Source: a virus. From it: 64,000 bases of DNA. The notes below the pieces were generated by a model, which was not told the DNA's origin, made no database searches, and worked only from the letters and a program-made list of their open reading frames with translations. Made by a program: the position numbers and the translations under genes. This document shows positions 17,492 to 28,250 of this stretch, piece by piece. The DNA is taken from the IMG/VR virus record IMGVR_UViG_3300045988_131126; one strand, written 5' to 3'. The number at the start of each line of letters is the position of its first letter. The first letter of the stretch is position 1.

Positions 17492-18390
17492 AATTCTGTC
17501 CTCCTGTATACATAAATGATATATGTGATCTTGCCATCTCCCACTTTTTTCATGCAGGAAATACAAGCGTTCACCGAGTCATGTAACTTCTTAAGAAGAT
17601 TATCTTTATTACGTTTATCAGTTATTGCAACTGATACATCACAACTTGGATTATTGCAATCGAATATATAATTTGTCTTTGCAGAATGAGGTATCTTATT
17701 TTTATCCTCATCTTCTACAGACCCTACTAAATACGTATGAACGTATTCAATATTAGCCAAATTCTTTCTTTTTTCTATAAATAAGTTAACTGGTATATCC
17801 ATTTTAAGATAATCGTTATGTATATTAAAAGTTATTTGTATTTTATCATAAACTTTTATCAATTTAAGTAATGAATTAGGTAGTTCTTTAGGCAATACGC
17901 TAACGTTGAAAACTTTCTTATTTTTTGCAAAATCATCTATTTCTGATTCAATTTTTATAGATGGATTTATAATTTCTTCATCTTTAGAAGATAATATATT
18001 CTTGAAAGGTTTTTTAAATTTTATATCAGAGTTTATAATTTTCTCTGTATCAGAAATATAATTCTTAACGGATAATACTATTTTATCAGTAATTTCATTT
18101 TCTATTTTATCAGCTTCGTTATCCGGAATATGATCTTCATGCTTGTCTAAAATATATCCATATGGTAGCACTATTACATCAAAAATTTTATCAGTTTCAT
18201 ATATAAAGTTATTCCCAGATAGATATATTATTATGGATTCTGATCTTGATTCTAAACGTATTCTAATAAATACTTTATAATCTTCTGATGATATATTCAT
18301 TATATTATCGGTATCTGGATAATCTACATCATAATTATCTAGAAAGTCTTTAATACAGATAACTAAATCATTAGGTAGTGTTTTGATCAT
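17488..18390 (-). CDS. hypothetical protein
   Basis: 300-aa ORF, SD AAGGAGA. Confidence 0.6.
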   Translation of the reverse strand: MIKTLPNDLVICIKDFLDNYDVDYPDTDNIMNISSEDYKVFIRIRLESRSESIIIYLSGNNFIYETDKIFDVIVLPYGYILDKHEDHIPDNEADKIENEITDKIVLSVKNYISDTEKIINSDIKFKKPFKNILSSKDEEIINPSIKIESEIDDFAKNKKVFNVSVLPKELPNSLLKLIKVYDKIQITFNIHNDYLKMDIPVNLFIEKRKNLANIEYVHTYLVGSVEDEDKNKIPHSAKTNYIFDCNNPSCDVSVAITDKRNKDNLLKKLHDSVNACISCMKKVGDGKITYIIYVYRRTEL

Positions 18391-18401
18391 TTTTATTTCT
18401 C

Positions 18402-18442
18402 CTTCAAAAGACCATTAAGGATATAAAAAATCCTTAATGGTC
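18402..18442 (-). terminator. hairpin after 18449..18745
   Basis: 13-bp stem GACCATTAAGGAT/ATCCTTAATGGTC followed by TTTT on the minus strand. Confidence 0.6.
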
Positions 18443-18448
18443 AAACTT

Positions 18449-18745
18449 TCATGAGTAGAATGGATTAAAGTCTTTCATTCTTTTGCTTTTCTTTTCCTTT
18501 ATCAGTTTCTTACTGGATCTCTTAATAAGATAGTGCATACCTTCTTTATCTGCATCATAAACTGATTTACATTCAGTACAAATCAGTTTGATTTCTACCT
18601 CATCGTCTAAATTATTAGATTTAGGTATACCTCTTTTATCTAAATCCATCATACTAATACTTTTTTCTACCAGTACCAAAATACCTTCGCATTTTGGACA
18701 CTGATTTAAACCTAATCTGTGAATTGGATGTATTGGAATATTCAT
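18449..18745 (-). CDS. zinc-ribbon protein
   Basis: CPKC..(35 aa)..CTEC. N-terminus MNIPIHPIH, C-terminus ..DFNPFYS. SD AAGGAGA. Confidence 0.6.
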   Translation of the reverse strand: MNIPIHPIHRLGLNQCPKCEGILVLVEKSISMMDLDKRGIPKSNNLDDEVEIKLICTECKSVYDADKEGMHYLIKRSSKKLIKEKKSKRMKDFNPFYS

Positions 18746-18755
18746 TACTCTCTCC

Positions 18756-18983
18756 TTAGCTTATTTTCATAAGACTATAATACCCTTCAGCTACAATTAC
18801 AGCATCTGAATATCTACTTTCTCCTGTTGTATTCATTTCAGTAAACTCTTTCCATTTACCATTTACTAAAACTTTTTTAGGTTTATAACCCGCAGGATTT
18901 ACCGTTGATTCTATATCTTTTCTCTGTTTTCTCTGAGTTGTAGAGTACAGAAAATAAACATAACGTCCATTTGATTCTGGCAA
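18756..18983 (-). CDS. small basic hypothetical protein (TTG start)
   Basis: GAGGAGGG lies 7 nt before TTG at 18983. 75 aa. Confidence 0.5.
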   Translation of the reverse strand: MPESNGRYVYFLYSTTQRKQRKDIESTVNPAGYKPKKVLVNGKWKEFTEMNTTGESRYSDAVIVAEGYYSLMKIS

Positions 18984-19049
18984 TTCAAATCCCTCCTCAT
19001 ATCTTTTATAATAATGTGCTGCTTAATACTATCCATATCACAAAATCTT

Positions 19050-20813
19050 TTATTCTGCTACAGCTATACTATTAGGGATACTCTCAATATTATCAATTTC
19101 CTTGTTAATACGAGCTATAGGCGTAATCAATTTCTCAATAGAACTAAGAGTATCTTGAATAACTGCTAAACGTTGTTCTTCAACATTAACTCCGTTTATA
19201 GTTCCTTGATATTCCAATGCATTTTTAAGACCTTCTAACTGAGCATATTGAGCTAATACTTGATCAACTTCTGCTCTCCAGTTATTTGGCTCTTTATAAT
19301 CACTAAAGAAGTTATTATGAATTGAAGCCATCGGGCAAAGCATTCCAGATAATCCTGGATCATTTGCTGTAGAGCTATCCAAATCCAATCTTCCCAAGTG
19401 AGTAGGATGTACTTGTCTATAATTTACTGGAATAGATGCAGTATTACCATCTCCAACTCCACTTACTCCTTTATAAGTGAATTTAAGAGCTGTAATAGCA
19501 TCCATATCATTTACGCTATTATTATAGTTTACCAGACTGTCTTTCGAGATCTGTTTCAATAGAAAATCTGGGAATGTATAAATAGCTTTCTCTAATCTAT
19601 CTATCTGCAATTTGGAAGCTTCATCAGATATTCTATAAAGGCCTGTAGCTAATTTAATAGCATAAATAGCTCCAAAATATTCTTCATATCTGATACGCTT
19701 TGTAGATATATCTAGATTGTCTTTCTTTCTTAATTCATTAAATTCCCTAAGAATCCATATAATTATATCATAGATATTCTTTTTACATTCTTCTGGAAGT
19801 TTTAAGTTTTCTTGAGTTGGAATATCCAATATAGATTCAAGAGAATCTAATACATTTAATCCTTTCTCTACAGTCTTATTGTTGTAAGAATCTCCAAGTA
19901 CTGCTATCCAATACTCTAATGTATAGACATTATTCAATGAGGTTTCCCTTGACACTGAATTATATACAGTATACATTAAACTCTGAGCTACAGGATCATT
20001 ATCATATATATACTTAGGTAATGAAATATACATATTATTTTTCTTTACCGTGTAATAATCATCCTTTTCGATATCATGATCTGAAATGTACAGATCATTT
20101 ACTTTTAATAATTGACAAGTTTGATAGAATCCAAATCTAGCCAATAAGTATCTCATAAGAGGACAATTCTTCTTAAAGATATTACTCATATACCAGATGC
20201 ATTCTTTAGTTTCTCCATTTGTCATTTTAAGCTTCTCTATATATCTATAGATTCTAGATGCCATAAATAAAGTTTTGAAAGCTATATTTTGTGACTTTGG
20301 ATTTGCAGAATTGGAATTATTATAAGTAGATCCATCCACTACCTGATATAGAGATGAATATATATTTCCAAATATTCTGAAATAATATTTGTCAACGATT
20401 TTAGGTACTTCTATAAGCACCCTGAGATTTTTAGATCTAGGAGATCCCTCTTTAGGATTAGGGACCTCCAGATAATAATCAACGATTAATAATCTTATAT
20501 CGGAATCTTTTAACGGGATATAATTATATTTATCGTCGATTTTCTGTTTATTTTTATTCTTAGATTTGAATTTCTCTTGCTCACGCAATAATATACGTAT
20601 TTGCTGATAATCATCCACCACAGAAAAATTCATTACTTTAATGACAAAGTAACGATCTCTCTCGATAGATAATATAACCTTTTTCAAAACTTCTATTATT
20701 GCATCATCAGATCTATTAAATAATTCTGGGTTAAATTGTGGCCTATTCTTATCATTATATTCTCTTATAAAAGAATATTGATTAGGTTCGATCACTTCTC
20801 TATTCACATTCAT
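19050..20813 (-). CDS. multisubunit RNA polymerase beta subunit, N-terminal half
   Basis: YRQVHPTHLGRLDLDSSTANDPGLSGMLCPMA matches the bacterial beta block RDVHxSHYGRxCPIETPEGxNIGL. The ORF stops ~110 aa later. Start moved to ATG 20813 (AGGAGG upstream). Confidence 0.7.
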   Translation of the reverse strand: MNVNREVIEPNQYSFIREYNDKNRPQFNPELFNRSDDAIIEVLKKVILSIERDRYFVIKVMNFSVVDDYQQIRILLREQEKFKSKNKNKQKIDDKYNYIPLKDSDIRLLIVDYYLEVPNPKEGSPRSKNLRVLIEVPKIVDKYYFRIFGNIYSSLYQVVDGSTYNNSNSANPKSQNIAFKTLFMASRIYRYIEKLKMTNGETKECIWYMSNIFKKNCPLMRYLLARFGFYQTCQLLKVNDLYISDHDIEKDDYYTVKKNNMYISLPKYIYDNDPVAQSLMYTVYNSVSRETSLNNVYTLEYWIAVLGDSYNNKTVEKGLNVLDSLESILDIPTQENLKLPEECKKNIYDIIIWILREFNELRKKDNLDISTKRIRYEEYFGAIYAIKLATGLYRISDEASKLQIDRLEKAIYTFPDFLLKQISKDSLVNYNNSVNDMDAITALKFTYKGVSGVGDGNTASIPVNYRQVHPTHLGRLDLDSSTANDPGLSGMLCPMASIHNNFFSDYKEPNNWRAEVDQVLAQYAQLEGLKNALEYQGTINGVNVEEQRLAVIQDTLSSIEKLITPIARINKEIDNIESIPNSIAVAE

Positions 20814-21441
20814 AACTGCCTCCTGTAACGTCAATACTCATTGCTGTACCAATCGGGTTAGGAACGTCCGGCTTGGAATCCTGTAACGTAAGAGTTAACT
20901 TCATATCTAAAGCATCAGCCATTCGTTCCATCATAGTTAATGATACCGTATTTTTATTGAAAATACGTTTGTCATTATTATAATTAGATCCGAATCTATG
21001 CTCATAGTTATCTAGGTTAATATGTTTCTTATTCACCGCTTCTTTTAAAAGTCTCATAGCAGGTGAATCTTTTTCGTCAATAGGATATACTGACGTATTG
21101 TCCGGATTGGTCAATACGTCTTTTTCCATATTGATAACCGTTTGCTGTAAATTAGCCAACTCATCATAGCTTTTAGCTTTACTGAAATCTACTAATTTAT
21201 CTTTACTATATGCTTTTTTATCTTCTGCTGAGGTTGGTAAATATACTCTAGAAATCGTCGGACCGACATCTATACCAACCTTGTTTGCATTATTTAAAGT
21301 ATTACCCGTTAATATAGGTAACACATAATCCTCATCTTCAATTGCTACATGTCCAGATACATAAGCATCTGGATTCTTAGTGTAAGTCTCTAATGAAACT
21401 ACATCATAAAACTTTTTATTTAATTCTGCAACGCCAGCCAT
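20800..21441 (-). CDS. hypothetical protein
   Basis: 213-aa ORF, SD AAAGGAGA. 14-nt overlap with the next gene. Confidence 0.6.
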   Translation of the reverse strand: MAGVAELNKKFYDVVSLETYTKNPDAYVSGHVAIEDEDYVLPILTGNTLNNANKVGIDVGPTISRVYLPTSAEDKKAYSKDKLVDFSKAKSYDELANLQQTVINMEKDVLTNPDNTSVYPIDEKDSPAMRLLKEAVNKKHINLDNYEHRFGSNYNNDKRIFNKNTVSLTMMERMADALDMKLTLTLQDSKPDVPNPIGTAMSIDVTGGSYECE

Positions 21442-21520
21442 AATAAAAAATCTCCTTTCGTGGTAAAATAGAGGTACGAACTAAACAACTTAGTTCGTAC
21501 CTTACTATTTTTATAATATA

Positions 21521-22120
21521 TTATTCTGTGGCATTTTCAGATGAACTATCATCATCTTTAATCAGTCTCTTAACTGCTCCATCTGGAATGAATGACATAA
21601 CTTTCTCACCATCGATCACATCAACTGTTGCTACGAAATATGGATCGTGCTTAAGTTCGAATGTACTTCCTTCAACAGCATTCTGATCGAGGAAATCTTT
21701 CAGTAATGAGAAGAATAATGTTGATAACTGAGATAATACATCTGGTGCACTAAATCTTACTTTGAAGTCATCGAAACCACGTTTTGCAATAACTTCCTTT
21801 GGACCGGATTCATAGATACTGTATGTTTTACAATCCTTAATATCTTCTGGATCGAATGTAAACTCTACAGACCAGTTGCCCGGATTACCATCTTCGCCCT
21901 CGATATACTCTACAGTAGCAGCTGCTACCATATTTCCTTTGATATCTTCGAATACTAAAGCGGTTTTTTCTTTCTTGGATTTTACCTGTTTTAAGAAATC
22001 GACAGTTCCAGTAATACTGAACTGAATTACCTCAACTACATCTCCAAAGTTTACTGTCCATGACAGTCCTTTGCACTCCTGGATCATGTTTGCGATTAAG
22101 CTGCTGTCTGTTAATTTCAT
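21521..22120 (-). CDS. hypothetical acidic protein
   Basis: 199-aa ORF, SD AAGGAGG. Confidence 0.6.
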   Translation of the reverse strand: MKLTDSSLIANMIQECKGLSWTVNFGDVVEVIQFSITGTVDFLKQVKSKKEKTALVFEDIKGNMVAAATVEYIEGEDGNPGNWSVEFTFDPEDIKDCKTYSIYESGPKEVIAKRGFDDFKVRFSAPDVLSQLSTLFFSLLKDFLDQNAVEGSTFELKHDPYFVATVDVIDGEKVMSFIPDGAVKRLIKDDDSSSENATE

Positions 22121-22255
22121 TTTAAAATCCTCCTTATTTTTCGATATGCAACTTTATGGCATATCTTTTCTTTTTTATTGATTTTATATTGAGGTTTGCA
22201 TATTTGTAAAAATTTACAATATGCAAATTCCCTCAGATATCATAATTAGGTACTA

Positions 22256-24628
22256 TCAGAATGATTTAGTTTCTAACCCTATATAATTTTTAAAGTCATT
22301 AACTGTCATCATTTTAATGTTATATTTTAATGCTTTTTCACATTTGCTACCTTGATTATATCCATCGTACGGAACCAATAAGATAGCTGTGTCTTTTGTT
22401 ACTCCTGCATTTCCATCTGCATCGTAACCCATTTCGTCTAAGATAGATTCAAGAAATTTATCTCTAAATCCTGTAAATCTAATCTTCTTACGAATTTTAA
22501 AACTACCATAAGAATTCTTATAGTTGAATTCATTTACTATGAAATGAATATCATCCTTAAATGAATTCCACTCTTCTATGATAGTTTCTGTTGTATTTGG
22601 ACCTATACCTTTAATGGTACAGAACATATCTTTTACGTCATCGATATACCCTCCATCTAAATATTGAATTATATCAACTAATGCAATCTTTTCGAATATA
22701 ATTCTCCAAGTTTTAGCTGATAAGTTACTAAATCCCAAAGCTCCGATTAATATATAATCTGGAGTTTCGTTATTTTTGATAGAATCTAATTGATCTTTGA
22801 ATTTAGCTGCATTTGTAGGACCTATAATTTCAACCATTTTATCATATGGATAATCATACAGTTCTTTTAAAGATCCAATCCCTAACGCTGCCATTCTTTC
22901 TTCGGCAATATCCTTGATTCCTAATTTAGCTATCATATTAGAAATCCTCTTTGCTTCTTTACCGACACAATGAAGATTCATACAATAAGCTGCTTTACCA
23001 GACTTAGATATCGTAATCTTACCACCACAGAATGGGCATTTATCTGGAAATACTTCATCTGCTTCTGGTGGTCTATTATGATTATCTCTATTAAATTGAA
23101 TATCTGGTTTTGATACATACGGCATCACATCATGATTATAATCAATATCAATTACATCTCCTTTATAGAGATTTAACTTATTGAAATGCTCATAAGAATA
23201 CCCTGTTGTATGATCATGTATAGCTCCTAAGAACTCTACAGGATCAAAATAAAACATTGGAACTATCATTCCAGATTGACCAATACTATATTTGTAACCT
23301 CTAAATACCGAATGACGTCTCATTGGATTAAATTTTACTGCCATCTTATATTGATCAATGGAATTCTTTCTACCAAGTTTCTTTCTAATCTCAGGATCGT
23401 ACATCTCTGCAACTATTCCATCATACATGAACGGAAGAAACGAGCGCGCAAATTCAGCTTCTTCTGCATATCTTTTAATTTGGAATAATATACTTTGATA
23501 ATTTCCTGAAATAGTCTGATGCTTAAACATGATCTCTCTAGTATAATACCGATTCATGAACTCGATTTCTACTAAACGATCTAATGGTTCTCCATTCTCA
23601 TCTTTTAAAGATGTCTGTAATGGAACCAATGTTATAAAATCTCTATATCGGTATGAATCAGATCTACCTAATATACCAATAATTGCAGTTCTTCCATTTA
23701 TATAATGATTTCCTGTTAATCTATTGATATTATCGAGGTTATTATAGCTTACAATAGCTTCAAACTTCATACCGATAGTTTCCCCTAAATCTACAGCATT
23801 GGGAAACTTATACCCTTTAAATATAGGTGTCAAATCACTTGCTTTCTCAAGATCTGTATCACCTCTTGTCCTTGCAGATATCACCTCTGTATTTACATCA
23901 GCCTCTATAGATATTCCATCATACTTTAAGCTGAGTATTACATCTAACTGATCTGTAGGCTTTATTATATTACTCAATATCATCGGAGCAATCCAATCTC
24001 GCTCCAATACTACCACATTGCTTTGATTGAAAACTCCTCTTTCAATCGCATCAGCACTTAATACAAATTTAGACTTGTGTAATGTACCAACAAGTTCTGG
24101 ATGCTCGTGCTGAGTATTTCTTAATCTCTTCGTGACATCATTGCTCTCTGGTAATAAATCCTTTGCAAAAATGTCATTACTATTAAACTCTCTTCTGATG
24201 TTTATGATGCTTGGAAACATCATATTATTCATCTTTTCAATTTCATCATCCGGTACATGCATTATCGGATTTGACATTTTAGTTTCTTCAGTCTCCATAA
24301 ATTGGGAAGCTGAACCTGCTAAATTTTGCGGAGTCGCTCCAGATTGAATATCTGGTACATACTCCCTCACTTTTTCTAATAATAAATCGTATACTCCATC
24401 ATCTAATAATAATATATCTAAATCACTATTATTATATAAATTATTAGATATTTGGATTATTAGTACACCTTTTTCTACGTCCTCCTTATTCCATACCGGC
24501 TTACTCATTAGGCTCATTGTTTCGTTATTGATCATTTCTTTTGAATCGAATATGATATCTGTTAATGAACCTGAATTAGTAACCAGATTGTTTTTTAAAG
24601 ACTTAAGTATAGTAATATTGTTATCCAT
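22256..24628 (-). CDS. ligA: NAD-dependent (LigA-type) DNA ligase with N-terminal extension
   Basis: KYDGISIEAD (KxDG). LigA-type Cys4 finger CPFCGGK..CMNLHC. HhH-like GIKDIAE and IKGIGPNT. BRCT-sized C-terminus. The ~120-aa N-terminal extension carries NPIMHVP. Confidence 0.7.
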   Translation of the reverse strand: MDNNITILKSLKNNLVTNSGSLTDIIFDSKEMINNETMSLMSKPVWNKEDVEKGVLIIQISNNLYNNSDLDILLLDDGVYDLLLEKVREYVPDIQSGATPQNLAGSASQFMETEETKMSNPIMHVPDDEIEKMNNMMFPSIINIRREFNSNDIFAKDLLPESNDVTKRLRNTQHEHPELVGTLHKSKFVLSADAIERGVFNQSNVVVLERDWIAPMILSNIIKPTDQLDVILSLKYDGISIEADVNTEVISARTRGDTDLEKASDLTPIFKGYKFPNAVDLGETIGMKFEAIVSYNNLDNINRLTGNHYINGRTAIIGILGRSDSYRYRDFITLVPLQTSLKDENGEPLDRLVEIEFMNRYYTREIMFKHQTISGNYQSILFQIKRYAEEAEFARSFLPFMYDGIVAEMYDPEIRKKLGRKNSIDQYKMAVKFNPMRRHSVFRGYKYSIGQSGMIVPMFYFDPVEFLGAIHDHTTGYSYEHFNKLNLYKGDVIDIDYNHDVMPYVSKPDIQFNRDNHNRPPEADEVFPDKCPFCGGKITISKSGKAAYCMNLHCVGKEAKRISNMIAKLGIKDIAEERMAALGIGSLKELYDYPYDKMVEIIGPTNAAKFKDQLDSIKNNETPDYILIGALGFSNLSAKTWRIIFEKIALVDIIQYLDGGYIDDVKDMFCTIKGIGPNTTETIIEEWNSFKDDIHFIVNEFNYKNSYGSFKIRKKIRFTGFRDKFLESILDEMGYDADGNAGVTKDTAILLVPYDGYNQGSKCEKALKYNIKMMTVNDFKNYIGLETKSF

Positions 24629-24687
24629 GGATAAACCTCCTTTTCTAAATTTTATATTCTTAAGTCACCTATATAATATATCACCAT

Positions 24688-24720
24688 TACAAAAAATAAA
24701 AGGGGGTAAAACCCCCTTTT
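24688..24720 (-). terminator. intrinsic terminator after 24721..25125
   Basis: AAAAGGGGGT/ACCCCCTTTT stem followed by ATTTTTTG on the minus strand. Confidence 0.7.
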
Positions 24721-25125
24721 TTAAACAGCAACAGTGCTAACCTTTCTAAGCTTATATTCATCCATATTAACCACTTTATCACTATGGTGTTTTAATTGCA
24801 TTTCTATTGCTCTTGATATTAATTCCTGTTTTGATATATTACCTTTGAATAGAATTACTTTGGTATATCTCATACTACCTAAATCATAGTGATACATTTT
24901 AGTCTCTTTTACAATTCCTATATTGCTACCAAATTTATCAATGTATCTCTTTAAGTCTGAATATAATATATTTGAATCGACTTCAGCGACTTCAACTTCT
25001 AATTTATTATTCTTATTTGAAGATAAAAACTTAATTATCTTTTTAATTTCTCCCTCATCATTTCCAATCTTTCTAGAATGGTATCTCATAAAATAAGTTT
25101 TGATTAAATTTAATAAATAAAGCAT
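24721..25125 (-). CDS. hypothetical protein
   Basis: Start moved to ATG 25125 (AGGAGG 9 nt upstream). Confidence 0.55.
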   Translation of the reverse strand: MLYLLNLIKTYFMRYHSRKIGNDEGEIKKIIKFLSSNKNNKLEVEVAEVDSNILYSDLKRYIDKFGSNIGIVKETKMYHYDLGSMRYTKVILFKGNISKQELISRAIEMQLKHHSDKVVNMDEYKLRKVSTVAV

Positions 25126-25129
25126 AGTT

Positions 25130-25777
25130 TTAAACCTCCTGTTTTCCAAAATTTAAAAATATTAAAAACTCTTCAGCATACTTCAAAATTGTATCTCTCT
25201 CTTGTTTAAATGTTTCTTTAGAAAAAGTTCTTGAAATAATTGATCTGCATATCTCTGAATCATTAGATTCGAAATATATTTCATTCATACAAGATATATC
25301 TCCCATTAATTTTAAAACTATGGGGTTAGTTTTAAGTTTATTATTATCTCCAAAGAATGCACTATTATTTACACCGAATCTTTTATTTCTATTCTTCTTT
25401 CCTATCTTCTTAATTTCACTAATAAATCCTTTCTCTATATCTATAGTAGTTTCTAATGCATTCGATTGAGCTGTAACAATCTTCCCACTTTTACTATATC
25501 TGGCAGATTGAAACTTGTTTGCTGACATGATATGCGTTTCGTTACCTTCAATCTTTTTAATAATATTATCATGATGATATAGTTTTAATATAATCTTCTC
25601 ATCTTCGATAATATTCACATGATTAGCGTCTTGCCTTTCTCTTTTGATCTCCTTTACAGTTTTTCTCGATAATTCGATTTCGTTTTCTACATCGACCTCT
25701 ACCTCTTCGAATAAAATTCCCATCAAATTTCCATACTCTCCAAATCCAAATGTTACTGAATAATACATATCGTTCAT
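25130..25777 (-). CDS. hypothetical protein
   Basis: 215-aa ORF, SD AAGGAGG. Confidence 0.6.
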   Translation of the reverse strand: MNDMYYSVTFGFGEYGNLMGILFEEVEVDVENEIELSRKTVKEIKRERQDANHVNIIEDEKIILKLYHHDNIIKKIEGNETHIMSANKFQSARYSKSGKIVTAQSNALETTIDIEKGFISEIKKIGKKNRNKRFGVNNSAFFGDNNKLKTNPIVLKLMGDISCMNEIYFESNDSEICRSIISRTFSKETFKQERDTILKYAEEFLIFLNFGKQEV

Positions 25778-25867
25778 ATGTATTTCCTCCTTTTTATAGT
25801 GTATATTTTTTGTGTCATCTATATTAAAAGAATCGGAGTCTATTATTATATAGACTCCGATAACTTA

Positions 25868-28156
25868 TTATTTTTTAAGAAGCTCTTTCATCGCTTTATT
25901 TGCTCTATCATTAACCTCTGTTGAATACGTTTCTATATCTTTACTCTGTGTACTTGCATCCATTTTCCAAAGCGGTACATGATAAATTGGATTAGCTTTA
26001 AATTTCTTATCTACTTCTAGATCACGTTTAATAGATTTATTAAAATCGTATTTTTCTTCATTAGAAATATGATATATCGGATTATATGATGTATAATCAT
26101 GATAAATCGGGAATTTCTGAACTGGATCTTTCCAAGTTCTTCTTACTTTCTTGAATTTCAGTCTAAGGCCAATGGTCTTAAATCTTACATTGAAAATCTC
26201 GGCAGATCTATCTACAGATTTTTCATCAAGTTTAATATCTACATTATATGGATCATCCGTATATATACTCTGCATTAATAATCTACCATGTGGTGATGAT
26301 GAATAAAGCATCATCATTTCTTTTACAATAGCGACAGGCATATGTGTCATATCACCATTTTCCATTTCACCCATTCTAATAGGTGTACTCTGATGAACAG
26401 ATTTAAAGTTTTTAGAAGCTTTATTTCTACTGTTCTGATTTCTAATATTTGTAGAAGACAATGATGTTACTGAGAACTTATCTTCAGCGTACTGTTTCAA
26501 CCTATAAAAGTATAATCTTCCACATACAATAGGTCTTCTACTTGGTACCATTCGTACATTACCGGTACTTCCTTTAATTGGTACATATAAATATCTAGGC
26601 GTTACATACGAAAATCTATCATAAATCTCCCCTAATCTATCTGTAGTTATAGATTCTGATATTGGTTCCATACTTAGAACAATATGATCTGATTCGATCA
26701 TTCCTAATAAATATTCTTTCTTATATGAAATATCCCAACTATTAAGCAGATATCTTAACTGTGCAGCTTGTAACGGAGAACACATTTCAATGAAATCGGT
26801 CACTTCTTTTAATGCTTCATCCACAGTAAACGGAGTTGTGGATATATATCTTAAAATTTCTGATCCAATAAAGTTCAATTCAAGTTCTTTTAACTGTCCA
26901 TCGTTCAGTCTATTTGTACATGTAGATGAATTTAATATTACTTCAACTCTTGTATTGGATCCTTCTAATACTGGCATTAATTCATCAGGAATTATTCTAC
27001 TGATAACTCCTTTACCGCCATATCTATTTGTAATTTTATCCCCAACCATTGGGACAGATTCTTCCATTACAGTAAAATGAATTACTGTACCTGAATACAC
27101 TTTACCTTTCTCTATATATTGAGCATTTGATATCTCGGATTTTGCTCTATTATAGATAGCATCAAGTCTACCTTTAATCTTTGTGTAACCAAGATCCTTT
27201 AATTGATCTACAGTTTCTACAATTTCTCTCAAGTATCGTTGTTTATTATTATAATAATAAAGCAACTGAGCATTAGTTCTTTTCTCCTGTAATTTCTCTG
27301 GAGAGTTGCAGTTAATGTCAATATCAATAACTTTGCCTGATTTAACCATCCATTTAGTATCAGACATAACAGTTTCTCTTAATTTCTTTTTAGATTGCAT
27401 AAATAATGCATCTTCATTTTTCTCTCTACGAGTAGCAAATAAAATACCATTCCCAACTTCTTCTCCAATATCAGGAAATGATTTGATAAATTCATCATCA
27501 CCTCTAAGATTAAGAGGGATATCATTATCATTGGCAATAGCTTTAACTTTTTTAAACAACGGTGCCGCCAATTTCTTAGCTGCAGATTCAGAGATATTGA
27601 TAGCATCTTCCATCGTACTAGCAGCTGCTATGTATGCTGTTACGAGGTTAACACCAACACCCTGATTATTATAATGATCATAGCTTGTGGACTTAGCTAT
27701 GATTTCTCCCTCTGGAATAGTATCTTCTACTCTATAGGAGTCTATTTGCGAATTATTCATAGCATATCCATAAGATTCTGAATTATGCTTATAGCATTTC
27801 CTTTCAATAATTTGAATAGAATCGTCCTTATCATCAGTACAAATAAGAAAATAATGATGACCAGGAACCTTTTCAAACTTCTCAATTTTACGTCTAATAC
27901 GTAAATCCCCATCTGTTTTCTTAATAGATGCAGATAAATCACCAAATCTGATTTCATAACCAGTTTGAATAATTGGTGGTTCTGAATTTAATATATCTAA
28001 TGCGTGTTCTGTCTGAATACCTGCTAATATTTTTCGAGGTCCAGAGTTGTTGTTATTGAATGGCATTAAGTTTCCTTTACCTAATGCATATTCCATTTTA
28101 GTAATTCTTTTTGCTTCATTTTCAAGAAGCGCTTTGTCGTTGTCCGTCCTTGCCAT
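25868..28156 (-). CDS. multisubunit RNA polymerase beta subunit, C-terminal half
   Basis: MPFNNNNSGPRKILAGIQTEHAL matches beta IPFLEHDDANRALMGxNMQRQAVP. GDKITNRYGGKGVISRIIPDELMP matches GDKxAGRHGNKGVxS. Start moved to ATG 28156. The C-terminal tail carries 3 (F/N)PIYH copies. Confidence 0.8.
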   Translation of the reverse strand: MARTDNDKALLENEAKRITKMEYALGKGNLMPFNNNNSGPRKILAGIQTEHALDILNSEPPIIQTGYEIRFGDLSASIKKTDGDLRIRRKIEKFEKVPGHHYFLICTDDKDDSIQIIERKCYKHNSESYGYAMNNSQIDSYRVEDTIPEGEIIAKSTSYDHYNNQGVGVNLVTAYIAAASTMEDAINISESAAKKLAAPLFKKVKAIANDNDIPLNLRGDDEFIKSFPDIGEEVGNGILFATRREKNEDALFMQSKKKLRETVMSDTKWMVKSGKVIDIDINCNSPEKLQEKRTNAQLLYYYNNKQRYLREIVETVDQLKDLGYTKIKGRLDAIYNRAKSEISNAQYIEKGKVYSGTVIHFTVMEESVPMVGDKITNRYGGKGVISRIIPDELMPVLEGSNTRVEVILNSSTCTNRLNDGQLKELELNFIGSEILRYISTTPFTVDEALKEVTDFIEMCSPLQAAQLRYLLNSWDISYKKEYLLGMIESDHIVLSMEPISESITTDRLGEIYDRFSYVTPRYLYVPIKGSTGNVRMVPSRRPIVCGRLYFYRLKQYAEDKFSVTSLSSTNIRNQNSRNKASKNFKSVHQSTPIRMGEMENGDMTHMPVAIVKEMMMLYSSSPHGRLLMQSIYTDDPYNVDIKLDEKSVDRSAEIFNVRFKTIGLRLKFKKVRRTWKDPVQKFPIYHDYTSYNPIYHISNEEKYDFNKSIKRDLEVDKKFKANPIYHVPLWKMDASTQSKDIETYSTEVNDRANKAMKELLKK

Positions 28157-28250
28157 CTCGCACAACCTCCTTAAATTCATTTTTATTGAAATAGCTATAT
28201 TAAATCATAGGTATAATATATGATTATACCTATGATTTACCCTTTTTATT

